Source of the DNA: Octopus vulgaris
Lineage: Eukaryota
DNA length: 64,000 nt
Assembly: GCA_951406725.2 (NCBI GenBank)
Contig: OX597824.1
Location: 93,620,001-93,684,000, forward strand
Reading direction: 5' to 3'
The translations under genes and the position numbers were made by a program. The notes below the pieces were generated by a model. It worked only from the letters and a program-made list of their open reading frames with translations. It did not search any database and was not told where the DNA came from. This document shows positions 52,680 to 64,000 of the stretch, in pieces (the first letter of the stretch is position 1; every line of letters begins with the position of its first letter).

Positions 52680-53530
52680 CACAAACACACGCGCGCGCAT
52701 TTAAAATAGACACACACAAACATACATACATACACACACATACACAATTGCGCACATACACACTCGATCAGTCTTTCCTTTTCTTTTCTGATTATATTTC
52801 GTATCTCTCCTTTTCAAACATAATCCAGACTCTCCCTCTCTCTCCTTTTCATTCTCTCCCTCTCTTTCTCTCCTTTCTCTTTCTCCCTCTATCCATTTCT
52901 CTCCTTCTTTCTCTCATAGACAATTTGTTACTTCTGCCTTTGTCCTCACAACCACACACACGTTTTACAATGAACACTTTGCCTCTCTTTTTCTCTTTCT
53001 CTCTCTCCCTCCCTCTCTCCCTCTATCGATCAACCTACCTATCAATCTGTCTATCTATCTACCTCACATTTTTTTCTGTTCCTCCCTCTTGCTTTTCACC
53101 TATCACTTTCTCTCCCTCTCTCTCTTTCTATTTCTCTCCATCTATCTATCTCTTTATATCGCATATTGCTCTGTTTCCTTGTATCATTTACTCTCTCTCT
53201 TGCTTTTCCTCTATCACCCTCTCTCCTCTTCTCTCCCCTCATCTCTCTCTCTCTCTATCTATCTATTTCCTTATTTATATATCTCTCTATATCTCACTGT
53301 ACTCATGCAACGCGATTTCTTTCATAGATGCCGTCTTCCTCTTCCTAACGCATCTGCAATTATACCCTCTCTCTTTCTAAACGTCCCCCCATGCATTTCG
53401 GGCTTTATCAGACCAACTCTCCGCCCGTTGTTCCGTCCTCTTCTCTCTCTGCCTCTATCCTTCTCTCTTTCTCTATCTCTATCTTTCCATCTATCTATCT
53501 ATCTATTTATCTATTTATTTATCTTTCTAC
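51630..53530. repeat. Long (CT)n-rich polypyrimidine field
   Basis: Directly visible. Confidence 0.85.
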
Positions 53531-53727
53531 TCTTATCAATCAACGCCATCTCTCCTTATTTACATACATTCATGTATATATACATACATACATACATACA
53601 CACACACACATATAAACATACATATATAAACATACATGCATACATGCATATATATATATATATATATATTATAAATATTACGAATACACACATATATACA
53701 TACATACATACATACATACATGCATAC

Positions 53728-53808
<81 letters not shown>

Positions 53809-54953
53809 CTTGCATATATAAATGTCTACGTACCTGTTTAAATACGTACAGATTAGGTACATACGTTCCTGCATGCATACATACATACATACATACAGAC
53901 AGACACATACATATAAACATACAAATATACACACACATACATACATACATACCTGCACACATGCATACGCACACGTATACACACACACACACACACATGC
54001 AATGCGCGTGTGTGAATCCTTGTATTATTGCCCTCTTTTATCCTCACACTAACACATTTAAAATTACTAACCACTCTCGCTTTCTACTCTCAAGCGAATT
54101 CTCACACAATCTCTCTCTCTCTCTCTCTCTCTCCACTCTTTTTCCATCCACACACTCTCTCTTACTCTTTCTCTCTATTTCTCTCTCTCTCTCTCATTCT
54201 TCCTCTTATTGACAAGTTAACCTCTCCAAAGTGCAATGACTTCAATTACACCAACAACAGCATGCTGCAGGCTGCTGTTAAGAGCTGACAATGTCACAGA
54301 ACTGTTAAAACCGCAGCACGCCGTCTGAACAACTCAGCTACATTTGCTGTAAGCTGACTTTAATTTCTTTACACTTTGATGGACGAACAATTACCGAATC
54401 ACTACGCACCTCCACCTTCCACATTCCTTTACTCTCTCCTTCTCTCTCTCCTTCTCTCCTTCTTCTCTAATACTTTTTTGTCTGTTTTCCTTTCTCTTCT
54501 TTTTTCTGTTTTCCGTCGTTATTTTTCTTTCCATGGTTGTTTCTCTATACTACTCGTTTCTTTGCAAATCCATTCCTCTTTCGCTCTTTTTTCGCTCTGC
54601 TTCTTCTCCTTTTTTTTAATTTATCAATATGCATTAATATATCCCCGTTGCAATAAATCGATCAGTCTAGCTGCTTACGTAACTATCAATCCATCCATCC
54701 ATTCATTCATTCATTAATCCATATAGCAATCCATTTAAGAATCCATCTAGAAATCTACCACTCTATCTCTCTGGCTATCTACCTATCTATCTAATTATCG
54801 ATTTACATACTAGCTACCTTTCTATCTACCTCTATATTTCTCTGTTTATCTACATATCTATCTAATTACCTATCTATCAACTACCTAAATTTCTATTTAT
54901 CTATCTATAAATCTATCTATCTATCTATTAATCTAACTATCTATTTATCTATC

Positions 54954-54988
<35 letters not shown>

Positions 54989-56328
54989 AATCTATCTATA
55001 TATTCATCTATCTATATCTTTATATATATATGCGTTCTATATGTATGTGTGAGTGTATGTGTGTGTGCAGGTGTGTATGTGTGCGTGTTTGTTTTTGATT
55101 GTGTGTGTGTGTGTGTGTATGTATGTGTGTGTGTGTGGGGGGTGTTACTGGAACAGCTTTTCTGTACGGAATTATCTCAAAAAAACAGAGGGTTTTGATG
55201 ACATAAGCCTTTTTTCTTTATATTTCCATATGAATTACCTGCAATCTTCAGAATAATGACGCAAGTAAATGAGACCTTCGACATCTCACCCTCAGAATGG
55301 AGTGATTTTGGCGTTAGTCGCAAGCACATTGTAATTCGTAAGGTCAATATAATTGGTGCTGACTGACATTAACCCCTGGACTTAATTTTAACCGTTAGAA
55401 TTAATCATTACCAATCAAATGCTATTTACTTGTGACTATATTTTATGGGTTTATATTAGCATCGTCCCGTACCGCGAATATGAGTTACATAAATAATCGC
55501 CTGTGTTTGTTTGAGATGCAGTTGACATGGATTCGTCGGGTACTAACATACCCGTTGTGTGGTGCAGTGCATTGCAATCAGTCCTTGAATATGATGAAAC
55601 ACGAGTGAATGTGGCTCCTCGTTGGTCGATCCAGTATAGCAGCTGTCGTAATGAATATCCACAGAAATTGAAGTCGGTAAAAAAACAGTCAGATTAAAAG
55701 AAGAAAAAAAACAAACAGACAATATTCACTACAAACGAATCAAATAATAGAGGAATCCACAGAACAGAACGAATACTAATCTGCCAGAAGCACTCTAACA
55801 AATTAATGGAGAAACCTTGCAACATTACGGGTAGAAATACAATTCGAAGTAGATATATAACACACGTCAATGACGAAAAATATTCAAAGCATACATAAAG
55901 CGTATTATGCGAACCAAATGCGTTTTAACTATAGAAGATATAAAGACATTAGACGCATCATAAATCGTAACACAAAACGAGTTGCACCAAAGCATAAATT
56001 AGTATTGTGTACAATAGAAATGGTAAATTTGAAAATGCTTTATCAAAGCCGAAAGGGATCTGGACGAGTGTAGGCCTCAAGCCAAATTGTCGGTGAATAT
56101 TGTGGTTTAGAAATTTGATTTAGGGTTAGAGGTAAATATAATTATTGTAAGTGTTTATTTGGTCCTTTCGCCGTCTGGTCCGTGCACAGAGATCAGTTGG
56201 TATGGCGTCGGGAGCGGGTGGTGACACAAACCTCAGATCAAACACCGAAGCCAGACAGCAAAATATTTCGCATGAATGTACTCACACACTCACACATGCA
56301 CACAAATACACACACACTTGCAATGGTG

Positions 56329-56626
<298 letters not shown>

Positions 56627-57653
56627 GAAATGATGCTTAGAAAACTTAGGCTACATTTTGCCATTCTCCATATGTATACATTTGCTTATATTTTTCTGGG
56701 TATGATTAAGTATTTCTACTAGTATCATCATTAATATCGTTGTAATATTTTATACTCTAACATAAAAGATAACGCGTCTCTCTAAAATGCGATCTATCAC
56801 CAAGTACATAGCGCGCAATTTTATGCATGCGCAGACACACCTCAGATTCAGAAAAATTACTATTGACCTAATTTTTTTCTTATCATTTTTCTGCCTTTGC
56901 ATTCTTATTCTTCATACTTAGCTACGTCCCACCCAGTTCACGTGGTTTACACCCGTTACATGTTGTTATATATTTAGGTTAAAATGTACCCAGATATTCG
57001 TGCTTCGGTAAAGTCTTCTTATTTAGAGACGTACTGAAGTTTGTGAATGTTGTGCATTAAATTAATATTTGTTGTAATGAAATGAAAACCATTTGCTTTT
57101 GCATTTATTAATCAATAATTCACATTCGGAAATTTAATCTGCGTAGGCACACCCCATAATTACTACCCAGCGGGTGCATGTCTAATGTGTGAACGTGAGT
57201 GTCTGTGTGCTTGTGTCTGTGTATTCGTATATGTGTAAATATGCTTGTGAGCGTATATATGTATATGAGCATAAATATAGATAAACATAGATATCACTAT
57301 ATATATATATATATGTATTCGCACATACCTACACATTTACATACATATGTACATACATAATATATACATATATACATACATATGTACATACATAAGTATG
57401 CACAACTCTCTAGCAAGCTAACTTGCTACGCAAATGTGTGCGAATCGGGCAAATTGCCGAAGAATTATATCGATTTTTGCCCATTCCATTGTTAATATTC
57501 ATGCTATATATGCACCTAAGCCTTACCCTTAAACCTAGAAATACATCTTACATACATACACACATACACACACACACCTTTATATATATATATATAAAGA
57601 GAGAGAGAAAGAGAGAGAGAGACATTTGTGTATATAAATACATACATATATAC

Positions 57654-57699
<46 letters not shown>

Positions 57700-58329
57700 G
57701 TGTATATATGCATGTGTGTAAGTGTATTGAAAGATACAGGTAGTGAGAGAAGGGGAAGAGAGGGAGATCAAATATTAGAGCTTTTGTAAAACTAATTTAC
57801 TATCGAAAATAAGAACAGCAACGTATTTAGTGCTTCGCAAGCAATTGTTAGTCGTTCACAATTGTATTTGCTGTCTCAAATTAGCTTTGCAAACTTGTAA
57901 CTTTTAATATCGTTTTATTAAAATCATAGCCTTTGACAAATGATATACGCAGAAATGTACATACATACATATATACATACATACATATATACGTATATAT
58001 GTTTGTGTGTGTATGTTTATGGAGGTACTGTCGGGTAATCAAACGAATGAACATGCGCTCACTTCATTATTAGTCTTGCGAAATGATATTTCACTCCTGC
58101 TTCGCTGTTGTTGTCGTATTACATGACTTAATATAAAGATATGCGTTGTTTTAAATATAAATATACATGTATATATACATTCAGGCATGCATACATATAT
58201 ACAATTACGTAGGTATGTAAGTATGTATATATATATATAGAGTGAGTTGAGCAAATGTATAGGTACGCTGCTATATGTATATATAGATATTTAAAAAAAT
58301 GGAACAAAAACGCAATAGAGGACAATAAA

Positions 58330-58790
58330 CATGAAGACTGTTAGTCAATACAAAGGTAGAGAGGAAAAACAACAATTAGTGCGACAAGAAAGGACGGGTC
58401 ATTCGTGGCATTCTTTCATCAGTCAAGTTACCAGATGTCCTTACAGTTTCGGGCAGTTACACTTCAGACTGTTCGATCTGATTGTCCCCCAAAAAGTCTA
58501 AGGTAAGAGCATTAGATTTTTTTGTAAGAAAGCAAGCGAATGTTTATGACAACAATGAAAAAAACGGAGAATATCTTGCGCAATTACAAATGCAAATAAT
58601 AAGAATATAACAACAGGTGTCTTTCGACTGAAGACGAACCAAATTGAGCTGGCGTATATAAATTGAAAGCCTTAAGGCGGGAACATGGGAGATGGACATA
58701 AGAGGAGTTGGCGGTCGGCAGTCAGGCCAAGAAAGAAAAATCATGGCTGGCCGGACACAGGTCACGTGGAAGGAGGAGAGAGGGGTGGGA
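58330..58790 (-). mobile_element. Dispersed repeat homologous to 18126-18480 (possible Penelope-like remnant)
   Basis: ACAAATGCAAATAA..TAACAACAGGTGTCTTTCGACTGAAGACGAA..AGCTGGCGTAT is the reverse complement of the 18126-18197 block. Confidence 0.6.
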
Positions 58791-58919
58791 TAATTTTTAA
58801 AAAATCAAAGAGACAAAGGGAAAGGTACAGGGGAGATAAAAGAAGAGGAAAAGTATGAGTTAAAGAAAGAAAGAGTGTGCGGAAAGGAATGCAAGGTATC
58901 CTGAGAAAGCCTATTCGTT

Positions 58920-60356
58920 TGGAAGTATCAGCCTTGCCGTAAGTTCAGTTGTGTGGAGAACAAAACTTGGAGGACAGATATGCGAGAAAGCTGGGAACTT
59001 CTTGTGGTATTCTCTGGCGCTGGAGAAGTCTACTGATCTCTCGAATACGTGTTCATTCGTGATGTTAATTTGGACTTTGAGATCACAGAAGTGTTGACAT
59101 CGGTTTGTAGCATGCAGGGACCATCAACTGGAGAAGATATTTTCATGGAAGTGCAGAAAACTTAGCAAGGCTATAAACCTTCAGCGGAATCAGCTACGAT
59201 GTGTTACAGTTGATGGAGAAAAAAAACATGACAAGAGTGAGGAAGGGTCTGGTGGGGTAGATCAGGACTAAGCTGGAAGGTCTTCAACTCCTGGGTATTA
59301 TACATCAGCAAGCACCCTGTGGGAAAATCTTACATATTACTTGCGTGCTGAAATCAGTCGTTTCTGCGGTGAACTTCATTCGGGATCATGCCCATAATCA
59401 CAGTCAGTTTCAGGCTTCTCTTGAAGGAATTGAACCTGAGTTTTGCGATTTGACTTATCGCACAGCAGTGAGGTGGCTCTGCTATGGTAACGTCTTCTTT
59501 TCTCTTTATAATCTCCAAAAAGAAATAGATATTTTCCTCACCGAAAGTGATAGAGCTGCTCCATTTCTGTCAGATCCTACTTGGCTGTCAAAGTTGTCAT
59601 TTTTGCTTGACATCACATCTCACATGAACGAATTGAACTTGAAACTTCAGGTAAAGGATAACCTTATCTTTGATCTCTTCAGATCATCAAAGGATTTCGG
59701 AGAAAGCTATCATTGTTTGAATCAGAACTGGAAGGAGGAAACTTCTCTCATTTTCGGTGTTTCAAAGAGATTCGCGCTGGAATCGCAGAAGATGTTAACT
59801 TTGACTTTACGAATTAGATTATTCGTGACTTAAATAAGCATATTATGGAGTGATTTTCAGATGTCGACAGAACTGAAAGAGACATTCTTCGATTCCAGAA
59901 TCCGTTTGATTGTAAGCATGATGACGTGCCAATAGAACTACAGTTGGTATCCAGTGATATCCAACAAACAAATGGCTTTTATCGGTGAGTGTGTTACATT
60001 ATAAGGCACAAAAAGAAAATGACTCACCCCAAACACAACAGAATATGCTTCAACACACGAACTCACATAAAGAATCTTGCAAACCAAATCGAAAAACGAA
60101 ATCTAATGTGATTATTTAAGTGAAGCAGCTCTTCGGTTTGAGGGTCAGACTCAACTTAATATCGCGAAAAGCAAAACTTGTTGAATGTTATCGCTGCGTA
60201 CCTGATAATGTGTTTTCAAAGTTGAAAAAATTTGCCTCTTATGGCATCAGTGCTCGGAACTACTTATGTCTGTGAGCAAACATTTTCAAAAGTGAATAAT
60301 GTGAAATCATCACATTGATTGTAGTTAACTGATAAACATTCGAAAGCAATACTCTG
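58920..60356 (+). mobile_element. Decayed hAT (Buster/Charlie/SPIN-like) transposase
   Basis: Collinear motifs YSLALEKSTDLS (LDESTD), TGEDIF, CVTVDG, IIHQQA, VNFIR..H.QF, AVRWL, FLLDITSHMNELNLKLQ, FQNPF and GTTYVCEQTFSK..KS...LTD. Multiple stops and frameshifts; interrupted at ~59950-60103. Confidence 0.9.
59977..60103 (+). mobile_element. Half copy of the fold-back family at 60355-60671, inserted in the hAT relic
   Basis: GGTGAGTGTGTTACATTATAAGGCACAAAAAGAAAATGACTC..CACAACAGAATATGCTTCAACACACGAACTCA is the reverse complement of 60355-60437. Confidence 0.8.
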
Positions 60357-60671
60357 AGTTCGTGTGTTGAAGCATATTCTGTTGTGTCTGAGGAGAGTCA
60401 TTTTTTTTTTGTGCCTTATAATTTAACACACTCACCAGTAAAATTTCCATCTATTCCTTATTTTCATTTTCCTAAAATTTTCTTTGCGTCTTGCAACCTT
60501 TTCAATAGCCTTGAATATTGAAAAGGTTGCAATAGTCAAGACTATCGAAAAGGTTGCAAGATGCAACGGAAATTGTATGAAAATAAAAAGGAATAAGTGG
60601 AAATTTTACCGGTGAGTGTGTTAAATTTTAAAGCACGAAAAGAAAACGACGCTTTCCAGACACAACAGAAT
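60355..60671. mobile_element. Fold-back element, ~130-bp imperfect arms with a duplicated centre
   Basis: ATTCTGTTGTGTCTG..TTTAACACACTCACC.GTAAAATTTCCA..TCTTGCAACCTTTTC pairs with GAAAAGGTTGCAAGA..TGGAAATTTTACCGGTGAGTGTGTTAAA..CAGACACAACAGAAT. Confidence 0.8.
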
Positions 60672-61577
60672 CACATTAGATCCCTATATAGCAATACAAT
60701 CTCTATAGTTAATAGGGTAGCCTCTTCACCACTTACGTTTGACTCTGTCACGTATTGTTTTCACTGTAGATGTCGCCAGCTTTAATGTTATTGTAGCAAA
60801 GTCTGCGATTTGTCACTCGCACATAAACCATTGTAAGTACGTCAAGTTTAATATCCAGTGCCATGTTTTTACCTTTTCTTTTTGCGCTAATGTCTTTAGT
60901 TGTTCTTAATGGGTTTTTTTTTTATTATTATTTTACTCCAGACGTCTATAATAGGTAAATCAAAATCGGACAGAGAACCATAATTATCCTTAAAAATAAG
61001 AAATGAAAAATAACCCGAGGAAGAACAACTGTTTCGTGAGAGAAACATATATCTTGTTACTGTGAATGTAAAAGTGGAGATAAGAGAAAGCAAGAGAGGA
61101 GGAGATGTGAGAATGAAGAATTAATTGAAGGATTACAAGACTCTTGGTCACTTAACACTTTACACCACCGATGTTTGGCCAAAAATTCTAAATTCTAAAA
61201 CCGCCAACAAATACACACACACACACTCACACACACTTCGCTGTGGTGACATAAAACATATGGAGCTACATACGTTGCTAGCTTGCCGATGCTGTAACCA
61301 TTTCAATTAGTTATGAGTTGGTAGTGGTCGTGGTGGTTTGTTGTAATGGTGATGGTTGTTGTTGTTGTTGTTGTTAAGCAACAAGACGGGTAAGGGTGAT
61401 TAGATGATGGTCTACGGCTGAGGGACGGGAGACCCCAGACCTAGGCAAAAAAAAAAAACAACTTTGGTCGTCTTGTTGTAGTCGAGGGCTCTTCGTTGAC
61501 GTCCGACACCACTGGGAGCTGGCCCTCGATGACGCCAGAAATGAAGATCTCCAGGTCCAGATTCTTGAACGGCTGTC

Positions 61578-61613
<36 letters not shown>

Positions 61614-62098
61614 ACTGGTTCTAGCAATACCGGAGTTGATAATTCTTTGAGAACATCAGTATCGGTAATAATGGTTGTGGTGGTGGTGGTGGTGATGGTG
61701 GGGTCGGCGTTGGTGGTAGTGGTGTTGGAATTAGTTAGTGGTGGTGATAGTTGTGGTGGTTATGGTAGTTGTGGTGGTTGTGTTAGTTGTGGTGGTTGTG
61801 GTAGTTGTGGGTGGTTGTGGTAGTTGTGGGTGGTTGTGGTAGTAGTGATGTTGGGATATTGCCGACGGTGTTGACAGACAATTTTTTTAATTGCATTTTT
61901 GTTGGTGTTTTGTCCCAAGTCAGCTCTCTTTTTTAAAACACAATACCACACAACAACACAGTCTTCAACGACTGTTTTTCAGCTTGGAAAAAAAGTGATT
62001 ATTTTCTTCATAATATGATTGATGACTTTGGTAGTTGTGTCGGTGTGAATAACAGATTATGTTGGTGGCGAGAGTAAAGGTCGATATATACACATACG

Positions 62099-62141
<43 letters not shown>

Positions 62142-62421
62142 GGGGTGCGGTGTATGAGTATGTGTGAGCGTGTATGTATATCGACCTTTGTATCGCGGTA
62201 TGTGATTGTGTATCCCGTTACTAACGACTGATTGGGAAATAGATACACGCGTTTTGTATGCGAATATATGTGTGTATTGAATACGTTTGCATATAAGTAT
62301 GTATCTACCAAGATACCTATCTGTCTGTCAAAGCCAGTCATTCTTTCTCTCTCTCTCTCTAGTTATCTATACCTATTTACATTTCGCTCTATGCATGTAT
62401 GCTTGCACATTTATACATATG

Positions 62422-62474
<53 letters not shown>

Positions 62475-62475
62475 T

Positions 62476-62550
62476 ATTTCGTTTTTGGATTTGGTAAGAT
62501 TCTTCATAAGGCACAAAAAGGAAATGACTTTCCCCAGGCACAACAGTATA
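62476..62550. mobile_element. Rearranged third fragment of the same fold-back family, within (TA)n
   Basis: ATTTCGTTTTTGGATTTGG..AAGATTCTT (reverse complement of 60070-60102) is joined to ATAAGGCACAAAAAGGAAATGACT..CACAACAG (forward match to 60001-60051). Confidence 0.7.
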
Positions 62551-62601
62551 TATATGATGTGTGCGTATGTGCTTGTGTGTTTGTGTGCGAAATATACATA
62601 C

Positions 62602-62632
<31 letters not shown>

Positions 62633-62709
62633 CATATATACTTATATATACATATATACATATATATATACATGTATATTTATGTATATGTCTATGTATG
62701 TATATATAT

Positions 62710-62759
<50 letters not shown>

Positions 62760-62770
62760 ATGTATATATG

Positions 62771-62832
<62 letters not shown>

Positions 62833-63410
62833 CATATATATATGCATACATGCATACATAGAGTGAAAGACAGATAGATAGATAGATAGACAGACATGGA
62901 TATGGATAGACTTAGATACAGAGAGATTAATCGTTACATGTATACGTACAAATATAATCAATACTTAAATACACAGATAGTCACATTCCAAAGGTATATC
63001 GATATATTTCCCGAAAGGCCATTAGTGACGAATACACAAGCATTTGCATACACCAATGTGCGTGCGCGTGCTTGTGTGTGCGTGCACGCATTTGCATGTA
63101 TGTGCTCGCGCGGCGATTATGTGTGTGTGTGTGTGTATGTGTGCGCACGCATGAATGTGTATCTGTGTGTGTGTGTGTGTGTGTCTATGTGTGTGTTTGT
63201 GTTTGCCTATTTGAGCGCGTGTCTTGAGGTTACAGGTTTTCAAATTGTCTGCGAAACGTCGAGATGCAGTTTAGCATAAGAAGAGAGAATGGCTTTTAAA
63301 CTGTTAAAATTATTCCGAACTTCATTCAATGCCGTAATTACAAACAACATCCTGACATTAGCGGTCAAACTTACAAAATGAGGTGGTCGCGAAGCAAGAG
63401 ATGTTTGTTC

Positions 63411-63462
<52 letters not shown>

Positions 63463-63825
63463 GTGTGTGTGTATGTGTAAATGTATGTATACATGTGTGT
63501 GTGCTTATGTATATATATATATTTTATACGCATACATACACACGAAATCAAATACTTTAGTGTGTGCGCGAGCTTGCGTATACACACACACACCTATATA
63601 TATATATATATATACACACACAGATATGTACATATACCGAGAGACAAATGATTATTTTTACGAGAATTATATATTTCGATGTGAATGGTTGTTGTCTTAG
63701 TTCCATTTAAGATTTCGTCAAATAAAGTTGGTGTCTCCAAGTCGCATTTTCATGCACGTGCACACACACACACACATATATACATACACATACACACACA
63801 TGTACATACGCATCAAAAGTCTTCG

Positions 63826-63985
63826 GTTCTCTGTCGGTTACGACGAAGGGTGTTCCAGTTGATCCGATCAACTGAACAGCCTGCTCGTGTAGCTAAAATG
63901 GAAAGGGCTGAGCACTCCAGAGACTCGCGTGCACTCCACGCAGTTCTCGCGAGATTCAGCATTACTCAGAATGTGCCAAGCCTGA
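63826..63985 (-). mobile_element. Diverged 3' half of SINE family A
   Basis: GTCGGTTACGACGAAGGG..GTTGATCCGATCAAC..AACAGCCTGCTCGTG..GGCTGAGCACTCCA matches 5771-5900. Confidence 0.75.
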
Positions 63986-64000
63986 TTCCTATGAATTACA

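Noticed and set aside
59345-59833. 162-aa ORF as a domesticated GTF2IRD2/ZBED-like host gene
   Set aside because: The surrounding transposase motifs are riddled with stops, frameshifts and insertions, so it is a decayed transposon.

Overview
AT-rich, repeat-saturated eukaryotic DNA, intergenic or deep intronic. The SINE repertoire and the density of (TA)n/(GATA)n/(ATT)n/(CTT)n microsatellites point to an octopus-type cephalopod genome (inference). No host protein-coding gene, rRNA, true tRNA gene or CRISPR array can be supported, and nearly all ORFs in the track are microsatellite translations. Supported content: three tRNA-derived SINE families in many copies; fragments of non-LTR retrotransposons (R4/Dong-like in an (ATT)n tract, two CR1-like, one Tx1/L1-like ending in (GATA)n); DNA transposon relics (mariner, a Tc1/mariner-superfamily fragment, two mariner MITEs, a hAT/Buster-type transposase); fold-back elements; Penelope-like remnants with degenerate hammerhead-like motifs; and minisatellites. 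The standout is an apparently complete 2233-bp retroposed element (43680-45912, minus strand) bounded by a perfect 17-bp target-site duplication. It encodes only an ORF1/gag-like RRM+CCHC protein, with no endonuclease or reverse transcriptase, and sits inside the tRNA-like head of a SINE. It is a candidate ORF1-only ('half-L1'-like) non-autonomous L1/Tx1 family. All alignments and translations outside the ORF track were done by eye.
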